Shown here piece after piece: positions 39,160 through 51,925 of a stretch of 64,000 nucleotides of DNA. The notes beneath the pieces were generated by a model. The model was not told where the DNA came from, did not search any database, and saw only the letters and a program-made list of their open reading frames with translations. Origin of the DNA: Macrostomum hystrix (Eukaryota; Animalia; Platyhelminthes). How positions within the stretch are numbered: the first letter of the stretch is position 1; the number at the start of each line of letters is the position of its first letter. The stretch lies in the NCBI GenBank assembly GCA_950097015.1, contig CATNEN010000038.1:22506001-22570000 (forward strand). The letters run 5' to 3'. Both the position numbers and the translations under genes were made by a program.

Positions 39160-40080
39160 GGACAAGAGGAGATGGGACAAGATGAGATGGGACAAGAGGA
39201 GATGGGACAAGATGAGATGGGACAAGATGAGATGGGACAAGATGAGATGTGACAATTGGAGAAAGGACAAGAGGAGATGGGACAAGAGGAGATGGGACAA
39301 GAGGAGATGGGACAAGCCGAGAGGGGACAAGAGGAGATGGGACAAGAGGAGATGGAACAAGTGGAGAAGGGACAAGAGGAGATGGGACAAGATGAGATGG
39401 GACAAGAGGAGCTGGGACAAGAGGAGATGGGACAAGAGGAGATGGGACAAGATGAGATGTGACAATTGGAGAAGGGACAAGATGAGATGGGAAAGAGGAG
39501 ATGGGACAAGATGAGATGTGACAATTGGAGAAGGGACAAGATGAGATGGGACAAGAGGAGATGGGACAAGAGGAGATGGGACAAGTCGAGAGGGGACAAG
39601 AGGAGATGGAACAAGTAGAGAAGGGACAAGAGGAGATTGGACAAGAGGAGATGGCACAAGATGAGATGGGACAAGAGGAGATGGGACAAGATGAGATGGG
39701 ACAAGAGGAGATGGGACAAGATGAGATGGGACAAGAGGAGATGGGACAAGATGAGATGTGACAATTGGAGAAGGGACAAGATGAGATGGGACAAGAGGAG
39801 ATGGGACAAGAGGAGATGGGACAAGAGGAGATGGGACAAGAGGAGATGGGACAAGTCGAGAGGGGACAAGAGGAGATGGGACAAGATGAGATGGAACAAG
39901 TGGAGAAGGGACAAGAGGAGATGGGACAAGAGGAGATGGGACAAGAGGAGATGGGACAAGAGGAGATGGGACAAGAGGAGATGGGACAAGATGAGAAGGG
40001 ACAAGAGGAGATGGGACAAGTGGAGATGGGACAAGATGAGATGGGACAATATGAGATGGGACAAGATGAGATGGGACAAA
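39160..40080. repeat. 15-bp minisatellite (GGGACAAGAGGAGAT), ~60 units, probably in a 5' UTR intron of AGBL2/3
   Basis: Seen directly; minus-strand donor AAG|GTAAGA at ~40157. Confidence 0.95.
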
Positions 40081-41904
40081 ATGAAAAAAGAGGAGACAAG
40101 TAAAAAGGAGACAATATAAATATTAATAAAGAACATAAAACGAGAAAAATTTCTTACCTTCCCTTCTGATGTGCTCAAATATTATGCTAGAAATTATCGT
40201 TGCAAAAAATATAAATTCAAGTTGTCACCGAATCCGCTGCAGCCATAGTCATATATGCAGGGACTTACAAAATAGTTTGGCCCCTATAGCCTGTACGATA
40301 AACACGCTATTGGCTGATGCCTGCCAGACGGACAGAATGAGAGAAAGAGAGAAAGGTGAGAGAGCCATGCACAGCTACCTGCAGCAGTACTCCGGGTAAT
40401 TAATGATTATTAAAAAAACTATCAAACTCAATTCTGGCTAACGGGCTCGATGCGCGAGAGAACACAAACAAACTCACACCAAACTACTCGAACACCGCTC
40501 AAACTATTATCGGAGAATCTAAATTCTCTCGTCTCTAATTCGTAAATTTTCTTCTCCTCTCTTGCTTGTCCCATCACTGGCTGTGTAGGCGAGCAATTCT
40601 CGCGTTAAACCAACTTCTCACATTTCATTATCAACGTATTCGTATTTCGAATACGTTTGAGTTGAGAAAACTGTGTGCGAGTACTGTTGTCGCATTTAAT
40701 TAGGTATTAATAAACGCAGAAATATTCATATTCACTTCAGTCAATTTGTCGCCTGCCTAATTGTGCACACAGTCGGTCCAATACTGCCTAGCAACGGCGT
40801 AGCAACTAGCGAACTATAGACACGCAATTCAGCTTGCATATTAATCTCGATTCAACACAAAAACAGTAGAAAATGTAAAAGCAAAGCGTCTGTTAATAAC
40901 CAACCTAATTGCTTTCCAAATGTCAGAAATGAGATAGTTCTGCCAAAAGCTGTGACAAAATCGCTACCTTATAAGCCTTATCGGTGCAGTCACGTTTATC
41001 TCTAGTTCATTAAGCTTCAGTTAAATACCTATTTCACACAACGATTAGGTTTCGAGCTAAAAGTACACATTGACCTGATGCCGTTCGAATCTCATTTAGT
41101 TTCGATTGCCAAATACTCAAACTTATAATAATAATAATAATAATAATAACGGAAGGGACATTTTTAGGAGGAACGTTAAAACTCTAACGGATTTTGAGGA
41201 TTCCAAGCTAAAAAAACTATTATCAATAATTACGCAATTAAAAACGCATTGCCTAGCGAAAAATATTTCTAAGAAACATGAATTTCCTCGCACTATATTT
41301 TGCTAATTTAAACAAAAAAACGAAAGCATCGTAAAGATTCTTAGAACAAATGCAATCTTTAATATTTCTTAACTCATTTTTAATTGGTGAAAATCTTCAA
41401 CTAAGTAAAAATCGATTTTATGTATTTATTTGTTTTTAAACAATTTTGAGGACAAAAGCTTAACTGAATGCACATAAGACAGGGGGTCGAGTTTGGATTA
41501 GAAAAACACAAGGTATGAAAGCGGATAAATTATTTATTCATTGCATTCGCTACTATGGAAAATTTATATTTTTTTGAGGAAATTTCAGCATTAAGATGTA
41601 TATTTATATTCCGGTAATAACTGGATAAATTTTATTAACTAGTAGATAAGCTACTATGTGATAATATATAATTATAACATAGGATACTGGTAACTATTTG
41701 AGTAACATAATAATAGATTAAAGTTCCTATTTAACTAGCGTAAGACATTGTGCAACAATAGGCGATGGGGTAAGTGCCAATGCAAGTCAGACTGAACATG
41801 ATTTAACTGCTGCATCAGCTAATAGAAATAACTGAATGCTGAATTGCTGTGCTAAAATGCTGTGCCTTGTTAACTTTGCCACAACTGAGAGATGTATGGT
41901 GGTG

Positions 41905-42262
41905 ATTAGAGAGATAGATAGGTAGGATTAGAGAGATAGACAGGTAGGATTAGAGAGATAGACAGGTAGGATTAGAGAGATAGACAGGTAGGATTAGAGA
42001 GATAGACAGGTAGGATTAGAGAGATAGGTAGGATTAGAGAGATAGACAGGTAGGATTAGAGAGATAGACAGGTAGGATTAGAGAGATAGACAGGTAGGAT
42101 TAGAGAGATAGACAGGTAGGATTAGAGAGATAGACAGGTAGGATTAGAAAGATAGACAGGGAGGATTAGAGAGATAGACAGGTAGGATTAGAAAGATAGA
42201 CAGGAAGGATGAGAGAGATAGACAGTGAGGATGAGAGAGATAGACAGTGAGGATTAGAGAGA
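41905..42262. repeat. 22-bp minisatellite (GATTAGAGAGATAGACAGGTAG) downstream of TMEM33
   Basis: About 16 units. Confidence 0.95.
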
Positions 42263-42714
42263 CTTGGGAATAAATAGATGAACAGCGTTAAAAAATTAGA
42301 AGTGCCTCAAGCAACGCTACCCTGACAGTCAACTAGTAACAATTAAGGGCATAAGTTGGACATAAGTACAAACTACAAGAATGAAAGCAAGTAACTTTCA
42401 AACGAAATTTAAAAGAAACAAAAGACTAATTGTAGATCGAAAGTGGTTAACTAATTTACTGTATATATATGTATTCAAAAGTAAGCAATAGAAAAAGTTC
42501 AGAATAATTTTTTTAAATCCGCTGGCTAACGGTCTATAATCCTGTGGCTGCCACCCCCTGTCCACGGACTGAACAGCTGTACACAGCCCATAGATTTCTA
42601 TCTATCTTATCCTACTAACTTGAGAGGTTGTCGGATCAGAACAAGCATTTCCACAGCTACAATATTCTCATATTTCTACTACATAAGTAGTGTGAATAGC
42701 AAATCGGAGACAAT

Positions 42715-44349
42715 TCAATAGACATAGTTCTGCGGCGCGTCAGGCGGACAGAAGCGCAGCACGAAGGCGACGCCGCCGCGGATGACAGTCTGGGCGAAGC
42801 GCGGACAGCTGGGCGACAGGCAGAACAGTTCGGCTCTCTGGCGCAGGTCGCGAAACACAGTGCGATTGTAGGGATTGCGCTGGGAACAATAGCGAAACGT
42901 TAGGAAGCGATAATAGAGAAACGGCGTGACAATGGATCCGTAGCCAGTGAATAGCATGAGAATCACGGCAGGCATGATTAAGATTTCATTCAGGGCTATC
43001 AGTGTTAGCATTGTGCGCGTATTCTGGTCGACCCAACCGGTCAGGCGAAGCACCTGCGATGGTTTAAAGCGAGTTAAAGTTGCGATGTTATATTTATAAA
43101 GGTTAGGATAATGCGTGAAATCTATATATCAATAAACTTCTTTAAAGTGTGAACCCCTACATTACTAAGAAGGTATATGTGACTCATGAATTCTCAGAGG
43201 ATATTGCAGGGTGTTAATCCTGAAGTTCCAGAGGATATTGCAGGGTGTTAATCCTGAAGTTCCACAGGATATTGCAGGGTGTTATTCCTGAAGTTCCAGA
43301 GGATATTGCAGGGTGTTATTCCTGAAGTTCCAGAGGATATTGCAGGGTGTTAATCCTGAAGTTCCAGAGGATATTGCAGGGTGTTATTCCTGAAGTTCCA
43401 GAGGATATTGCAGGGTGTTATTCCTGAAGTTCCACAGGATATTGCAGGGTGTTATTCCTGAAGTTCCAGAGGATATTGCAGGGTGTTATTCCTGAAGTTC
43501 CACAGGATATTGCAGGGTGTTATTCCTGAAGTTCCAGAGGATATTGCAGGGTGTTATTCCTGAAGTTCCAGAGGATATTGCAGGGTGTTATTCCTGAAGT
43601 TCCAGAGGATATTGCAGGGTGTTATTCCTGAAGTTCCAGAGGATATTGCAGGGTGTTATTCCTGAAGTTCCAGAGGATATTGCAGGGTGTTATTCCTGAA
43701 GTTCCAGAGGATATTGCAGGGTGTTAATCCTGAAGTTCCAGAGGATATTGCAGGGTGTTATTCCTGAAGTTCCAGAGGATATAGCAGGGTGTTATTCCTG
43801 AAGTTCCAGAGGATATTGCAGGGTGTTAATCCTGAAGTTCCAGAGGATATTGCAGGGTTTTAATACTGAAGTTCCAGAGGACACATGGAGAGTGTTAATC
43901 CTGAAACAAACCTGAGAGGCCAGCGGCAGCTGATGATTGCCCAGCACCTGCCTAGTGTACACAGTCGAGTGCAGCAGAGCAAACAGGAACACTGGCACCA
44001 GGGCCAGAGTAACAGGAGCCGGGGCCATTGCAAAGATAAGCACAAACAGCAGATAATGAGCATTGTCCTCGGCCATCAGACGTCTCAGTCCGTCAGCATT
44101 CATCCTGACCCCAGCCTCCCTAGCTCGGGTGTGCAGCTTCAAAGCGGAAGCCACACCGTAGGCTAGCAGAGCTCTGGTGTGCCATGCCGGAAGGGAGGTG
44201 AACAGATAAAGCACGGAGAAAGCCAGGGTGCCAATGCGGGCCATGTACATCAGCACTTCGTGATTGCTGCGACCAGCAGCTGGAGGTTGCTGCTGCTGCT
44301 GCTGCTGCTGACCAGAATTTTCAGTACCTTCTCCATCTGGTTGTTGCAT
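42715..44349 (-). CDS. TMEM33: Transmembrane protein 33 (Pom33/Kr-h2 family); exons 44349-43912 and 43053-42715; 258 aa
   Basis: ASALKLH, MAEDNAHYL, LALVPVFLFALLH, IALNEILIMP, PFLYYRFLTFRYCSQRNPYNRTVFRDLR; phase-0 GT/AG intron. Confidence 0.93.
43196..43905. repeat. 34-bp minisatellite (GAGGATATTGCAGGGTGTTATTCCTGAAGTTCCA) x~21 in the TMEM33 intron
   Basis: Seen directly; abuts the donor at 43911. Confidence 0.97.
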
Positions 44350-46236
44350 CCTCTGTTTCTATTTTACTATAAAGAAATTATAATATTTTCAAGACCGCAA
44401 CTAGCACTGAAAATCGAAAGTCGCACAATAAATTAGCTATAAATTAGAAAAAGTGCCAGATTTAAAGAGTATTACAAACTTGCTATGCTTTGCTTGGATT
44501 AGCATCTCATGTGACTTCAAAAGTCACTACATTAGCAGATATTGAAGTATGGTTGTTCTTGTCAGTTATATAGCTTAAAATAAGTGCTTTACAAAGCGTG
44601 ATTAAATAGAAAAATAATTATAATAGAAATACACAGCCAGATATAGTGGCAGATTGGTTGTCAGTTTCTGTGGTTCACCTATTTAAACTAGCATTTAGTA
44701 TATTCAGAGAGTGATTCAATAAACAGAATATATATATATATTGAATTAGTAATAAAAACTTTATTATAAAATCTTATTTGTAGCTAATATAGATCCTACG
44801 AGTATTACCTATATATACCTGTCTGCAATGTTTTAATGACAACAACTTATTGATTTTTAATTTTGGTGTGCCTTGTCAAGGCTTGGCACACCTTGGTCCA
44901 TTGCAGAGCTAGAAGGGGTCCAAACTATTGATTAATACATGACACTCAAGAGCCCAAAAAATCATATTGCAAGCACCAGCATGAGTGTCTAAGTCAAGAT
45001 TTTAAAACTTGGAGTTTGACTACAAGGGATTTGTTTCCACAAGCAATACTTTACCACAGTAAGAACTACTGAGTATGCTTGAATAAGTGCAGTCTATATC
45101 AATTAGAGCAAGGACACCTTTGCATAATAGCATCTTTAGATTAGTTAGGCAGCAAGAGCTTTCTTGGATAAAGGAGCAACTCTTGTCCTTATTGGAATAG
45201 AATTAAGAATTGAGAAGGATTGAGAAAGGTGCTCTTTAGCCATGCCTCTTTCTGCTGGCTGCTCAAGTCTTTTCAAAGAATTTCAAGCATGCGGGCATGC
45301 TGCACTTTAGAAAATTCCAAAAAGCGGGGATCCATGGATTGTCAAGTTTTTTCAATAGCTGGACTCTTATTGTTTAGCTAATTAGGTTGCTAGGATTTCT
45401 TTTGGTTAGGAATGTCCTATGGAGATGTAGAGTAGATCTAATGGATTGGTTGGTCGTTTTGTCATGGTGTCTAGGTTGTACAGTCTGGTTAAAAATTACG
45501 CAGTGTCCATGGTGTTAAGAAATACCTTGTACGTCACTTGAAAAGAACTGTGAAATGGTGCATTGAAAGTATAGGATTATATAGATAGTTGATTTAGCCG
45601 CCTAAGATATCTCATTGTTAAGCATGGAAATCGTCCAGGCTTTTTCTCAGACTCCAAGTCTCAAATTTAAGTTATCATAGTCAGATAGACAGACAGGTCT
45701 TAGAGATTTAGTATAACATGATTATTTTCTAATTATAGATAGTTCAGAGGCGAAGTATTATGGGACAATAAAACCTTTGTACAAAGCAGACAGCAAAAAT
45801 GTAACGCAACCATTTAATTTGGGTATTTTTTCAATACAATGGTTTTTCCATTGGTGAAATCTTCTTTCATGCTCCACATTTAACCTACACACTTACCATC
45901 CAGCCTTTAGTTTGGCATTATGCTTACCAACTAAATAAGTAAGAGGAGACACCGCAATATCTATAGGCTGTGGCCACTGGCTATTGACACAAAAACTACT
46001 TTGGATTTTGGTTGTTTTTGTGTCAATAGATCAGCATCACACACATTTTGGGCCTAATCCTATTGAAAAAATGGTACAAGTATAGTAAAATCAACTCTCA
46101 TTTTTTGTTGACTAGTAAAAAATGCCCCTAAATCAAAGTAAAATATTATTTTAATAAAGATAAAACTTTATTTGATTATCTATTTCTAACTTGATTATCA
46201 TTTTTATATAAACAAATTACTAGGTAACTAGGACTA

Positions 46237-46878
46237 GGGTAATGTATCATAAACCAAACAAGAATGTGTATTTTTTTAACTTCAAACCTAAGCTACAGAT
46301 TTTCTATTTAAGATATGATGATAAATCAAAAGCCAAGTTATAGAAAACAGTTACATTTTTCTAAAAAGTATCTGCTTTTGCTATTTTGACAAATAGAAAA
46401 AATGCTATTCCTGCTTTTTATCTAAAACCGAACAATGATTTTCATGTATCTTCAAACCAAACAGAGAATTTGATGTTTGGTTTTACAATTTGAGTGAGTG
46501 GTTTAATCTTATTTTAAGGAATGAACTATCATGAATTATGTCATTTGAAAGCATTTTTCATGCTCTATAAATAACTACATTTATGGTCATTTAATTGGCT
46601 AGCAACCACATACAATCCTCGTTATAAGTACATACTGAAAAAATATTGTTCAAAAGTATGCTTTTGCAATAAAAATTTCTACTGAAACATCAATATATTT
46701 TTTCCTCTTAATGCTTCATTGCACATCATGCCTCAGCTTGTAGATAATTTCTTCAGCTTTCAAATTAGGTGTTCTGTGAAACACAATAGCTTGTTTCTGT
46801 CTTGCATGAGACCAAGGAAGGAGTCAAAATTCTTGTTCGGTTTTGAGGATACACTGTTCGGTTGATGATACATTACCC
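46237..46878 (+). mobile_element. TA-flanked MITE, copy 2 (~642 bp)
   Basis: TA|GGGTAATGTATCAT...ATGATACATTACCC|TA. Confidence 0.92.
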
Positions 46879-46943
46879 TATAAATTATTAAATGTAGAGC
46901 ATGTTACATGAAGACAACCTATCTCAATCAGGCTAAAAATACT

Positions 46944-47348
46944 CCCTATTGGAATAAGTGGTATTTTCGCGGACGGCGTCCGGCGCACTTTTTCTTTTTC
47001 CTCATAGTCATGGCGCATGGCGCGCGTAGCGCGCCATGCAATGCGCCATGACGCACAGCAGCTCACAGGTAAGATGCAAGGAGGACATCACGCGCTACAT
47101 ACAGCGCTGCTGAACAAGGATGAGAAGCATGCACAGGAGAAAGTCAGCAGCACGGTGGAAATTCAGCAAACTGTAAGTAAAACGCTAGGATTTGAATGGC
47201 ACCCTAGGATTTGAAGATTTGAATGACACATCGTCCATACCACCTTAGGATTTGAAGATTGTCATGACGCACCGTCCAGGCCACTTTATGATTGCCATGG
47301 CGCACTAGATGCACTGTCCACAGTGTCTGAAAACTTATTCCAATAGGG
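46944..47348. mobile_element. 405-bp non-autonomous TIR element with 8-bp TSD
   Basis: TIR CCCTATTGGAATAAG / CTTATTCCAATAGGG; AAAATACT duplicated at 46936-46943 and 47349-47356. Confidence 0.88.
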
Positions 47349-50300
47349 AAAATACTTTAATTGGCCCTAATAAAAAATTGAAACAAAAACAAGGTCACTG
47401 CTCATGCTCTAGCAACTCTAACCTACCAACTTTGTTTCTCTGTCATTGTACCTTTATAGCAGTTTAGGGCTTTATTACTTTAAGTGTGTTTTTATTTGAG
47501 AATATGGAGTGGTAGATTGAGTGGCAGTGTTAGATATGAAGCTTAATTAAAAATATAACACACAGCGTTGAAATAGTTTAAACTAAACACAATATCTCGG
47601 CATTTGTCTGATAATGAAATTGTATCAAGTTTCTTACTTACTTTCTCAGCCTCAATGTAAATGTACCTACGACTACGTTTTATTTTTAGCTTATTAAAAA
47701 TTAAATGATACATTTTCCTTTACACAAGTCCTAACATTTTTTACGGTTAGATATGACTATACTTAAACGAGTTTTTACTAATAACTTGATTGGATTGGTA
47801 CTACTGTGACTCCATATATTTATGGTGAGTTAGAGAGATCGTGGACCCATTAAAGAGAACTATAGACTTACTTCGAGTCATCTCTGTCACTAAGTTAAAT
47901 GGCTGCCTAATATTTTTAAATAATAATACAAATCCATAGACATGTGTCTTTTGATTATTAAAAATGAAACTTTTGAACTAAATTATAAGACAAAAACAAG
48001 CAAACAGAATTGAAAAATCATACCATAATTTGTTATAATGTATAATCCTTTTACAATTTTTGTACTTTTCGCAGAACAACAACGCAGGAACCACTAGAAC
48101 TTCTCCTAGTGGTCCTTGCAATGGTAATGGACAACTAAAGTAGTCTGCTATGACTGTCAATTATTATAACCTGTAGAGGTAAAATAGAAACTGTAGACCG
48201 ATTCTAATATAATATAATTGAAAACATACATTGACATACATTGACAAAAGCTTTTAGGGCATATAAATCAATATTTTTTACAACACGCAATATTACTACC
48301 ACTTTACGTGAAGCGCAAAAATGTCACTGAACTTTAGTGATATTTTGTGCTTGTTTTAACTGAGCGTTTTCTATAGTACTTATAGTGCTATGCAAGGAAA
48401 ATAAACTAATGCTTTTATTTCCGCATGCGTTCTTTTAGGCATAGTCGTATACAAATAAAATAGGAAAAGTACACTAAACTCTAGACTCATAAAAATAACT
48501 ATATGGCGGCTAGTCGTCGATCCGACTGGAGTCTGGGGTAGGCAGCAATCAGACTGCATTCGGAATCCTTGGGTCAGCTGATATACAGTTAACTAAAGAC
48601 GGTTTGATTGCAGGGCACACTTTGGTTGAGTAATAAAAAGTTGGTCCCGTGTGTATAGGCGATGCGTCATCAAATTTATGACTACAGCCTTTCCTATTGT
48701 ACTTTACTTTCCCCTTCAAATATAAAAGATACAAACGTATATGATTTTGTGCCGAAATCAGGCCTCATTTTTCGAACAAGCCCAATTTTTTTGCTAAGCC
48801 GGTTGTTTCACTGGGACAGGTTCATTGCTAGCGGAAATGAACCAGATTCAGGATGTAAAAATGTGTTTCGAATATAGTAACTACTTATTGCCAAGCTTAT
48901 TGCCAAGAGGTCACGAGCTGCTTCGTCACGTGGGGCTGTTCCACAGACTGGGACAACTTAAAACGAACATAAAACAATCCCAAGTCTGAAATTTCCGTGT
49001 ATGTACTTTGTCTGTAACTTTGACTTGGCAGTTCTAAAAATAGCAGCACGTGATTCCCCTACACCCTAAGGAGCGAAGCGAGTTGAGCAACTTGTAAACA
49101 AAAGAACACGTTTCTAACAGAGATCCCTTCCAAAAATAAAACTGTTGTAAAATAAAAAAGCCTATTTAATAACTCTCCAAGCGGGGAAATTTAAATCCTG
49201 GATTGTATTATTTATTGATTTTGTGAAAAATGTAACTCTACAAAATAGACTTGCGCAGATTTATTTTAATTAAGTCTCTTAAAATAAAACCGCCCGATTA
49301 ACAAAATAAAAAACTTTTTGCTTAATTAGACAGAACTAAGAAATAATATCTGGTCTTAAATAAGGAAAATATTTGCTGATCTTTGCAATAACTGACCAAA
49401 AACGAACAGAGAGATAACTCTTACAATATGGAGCGAAATTAATTAGGTAATAAATGGTGACAAACGATGGACAAAAACACGCAGTTAAACAATAGCGACA
49501 CAACATAGAGAGGGAGCTATTCGGGTTTACGAAAATGTAAAAACAAAAAATACGAATTAGGTTCAGCGAATCGAAATAGCATTCGAACATTGTCAACTTA
49601 TTATTCATATTTTTAAAACAACGGATAAAAAGCGGAGCATAAGATTTTATAGGGTTTTATTTAGATGGAAAATTGCGTGAATTTTAAAATGAAAGCAGAA
49701 AAATATATAGATTTAGGAAAAAAACACTTGCTGGAGTCTTACAGTTGTTTAAGACCAATGCAGATGTTCTGTTGGAAAATAATAGATAGACTGTAAATAT
49801 GCGAGTGCATAGATCAATAATAGACTACAGGTCGTATGCATAGACATTTATGAATAAATATGAATATTTGTAAAGAGCAGATTTCATAGCAAAGAATCCG
49901 ATAAATATAATTGCACTAGACGCATTTCGTGCAAAAAAAGCATTTTTTCCATGACATATGCTTGCGAAAATATAATCTTTACTTTTTTTCTAACTGAAGT
50001 TTTTAGCTAAGTACATTGTTTGATAGAGATGTGATAAACATTTTCTTAATATGGCTTTTACAATAACAGTGCTTCAATAAATACGATTTCTCAGTCTATT
50101 AATTAATTAATTAATATATATATGCATATAGATATATGAAGATATATAGAGATATACAAATGTAGGCATAAATATTTTCTGACATTTCAACTGTTTCACA
50201 ACAGAGAGATTAACAAACTGGATAAATATGCTAATTTGAAAGGAAAATATTCTGATGAATCTGTCAACAGCAAAACACGTACGGACAGGGCCAAAATAAT

Positions 50301-51925
50301 ACGACACAAATTCTAATGGATAGAAAAATAGAAATATCTACCGATTTCTTTGATTCGATAAGTTTCTTTATAAAAGCAGCATCGCTTAGCTAAAAAAACT
50401 GCTCACCTGAACATCGAAGGGCACAATATTGTTGGTGTTACTACTTTGTATCAAGCCTTTGTAGTAGTAATATAATTTAACTAGAGCTAGTAATAAAAAT
50501 CAAATAATAGTACTAACTGCATTAAGTTGAAAAAATTTTTTAAACACAATCAGCATAAATACTTCGTTTCCAATGGATGATTATTTAGCACGGAACAAAG
50601 TGCACACAGCTGAGAGCATCATCGGGTGGGTTTCCAATTAATTTGGTCTAACAAAAGCATAGCAGCTAATAATTATACGACTACTAATGACCTTCAAATG
50701 ACACTTTGATAGAAAAATAGACAATGAAGGGCGAATTTCGCATATTAGGTTTGTTAGAATTGTAAAAATCTATACTAAGTAATTGGATTTATAAAAATAG
50801 ACGACTACAAACATGGACTATGCAAAATTGAATGCTTTTTTTAAACGCCTGAAACCGTGATTATAAAAAATATGCTAATTTGAATGCATTTCTTATCAAT
50901 GTACTCGGCTAAGCATTACAATTGTAGCTATAATGCAGTAAAAGCACGCTTGAGAATTAGCTAGGGTTTGCATTTAATTAGTTACCTGACTAAAAACATT
51001 AGAGGCAGATTACTTATCATCTTCTCAAAGCCTTCAGGATTGCTTACGTAGATTGCGGTTTTCTTGGGGGACTCAAAACCCACTTTAAATTAGGACATCT
51101 GCTGTTGGCAACCGTTTAACAGCTAATTGAAATAAACAATATAGATACACGTATCTAATGAGGACAAGAATTTGAATACCGCGAAGGCTTTGAGTAGATA
51201 ACACAATTCACATAGACAAGAAGTACAAAAACTAGCATAGCAAAGCACTGAAATGATTTACTAAATAGATTTTTGTTTGTTGATTAAAGGCTCGAGGTTT
51301 TTTTAAGAAATTTAAATACGAATTCGCAAGCAAAAAAGCTTGTACATAACTAAATTTGTAGAACCGTAAATACGAAATACAAAAATAGAAACATGAACTT
51401 TTAGTATGCTCCATTTATAAAAAAACACGAACCGGAAATCGTAGGCAAGCACACTAAGAATCTTAGGTCAACAGGATATAAAAGAGCTGAAGTATTCAAT
51501 TAAATACAATTTAAATGTTAGCTATGCTGATAATATTACATATTTAGAGATGATAAAAATTAATATTTGATCTTTAAAAATATTTGGTACCTTCAGAATA
51601 ATTTATAAAACAAAAGAGTAAACGGAACAGCAGTTGCGTTAGGAAGGGCTCAACATATAGGTGGGTTATTATAAAAATATACTAATTACTAGCCGTTTGT
51701 CACTTCAAATTGATCTTCAAATAAAAAACTCTATTTGGTGTTAGGGGAAATCATACACGCTATTTTCTGACTGAAAAGTAAAAAGTAAAATCAAACCTTA
51801 AAGTTGTTAAACTCTCAAACAGGAGTGAATCAGTTGATATCTATCTTAAATTAAAGACACAAAAACCTGTTAAATTGTTTGATAATCCCAATTTTAGAAG
51901 CAGCGTATCAATGCACCAGACAGGC

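Noticed and set aside
38998-40178. Multiple overlapping repetitive ORFs (PISSC, RWDKR, MGQEE)
   Set aside because: A 15-bp minisatellite open in many frames; no unique coding flanks
43196-43905. 34-bp and 30-bp (33418-33725) repeats as CRISPR arrays
   Set aside because: Head-to-tail units with no spacers; eukaryotic introns; no cas genes
44830-45750. Degraded LINE-like remnant (also 10600-10900)
   Set aside because: Only vague peptide hints with many stops; cannot be supported without a search
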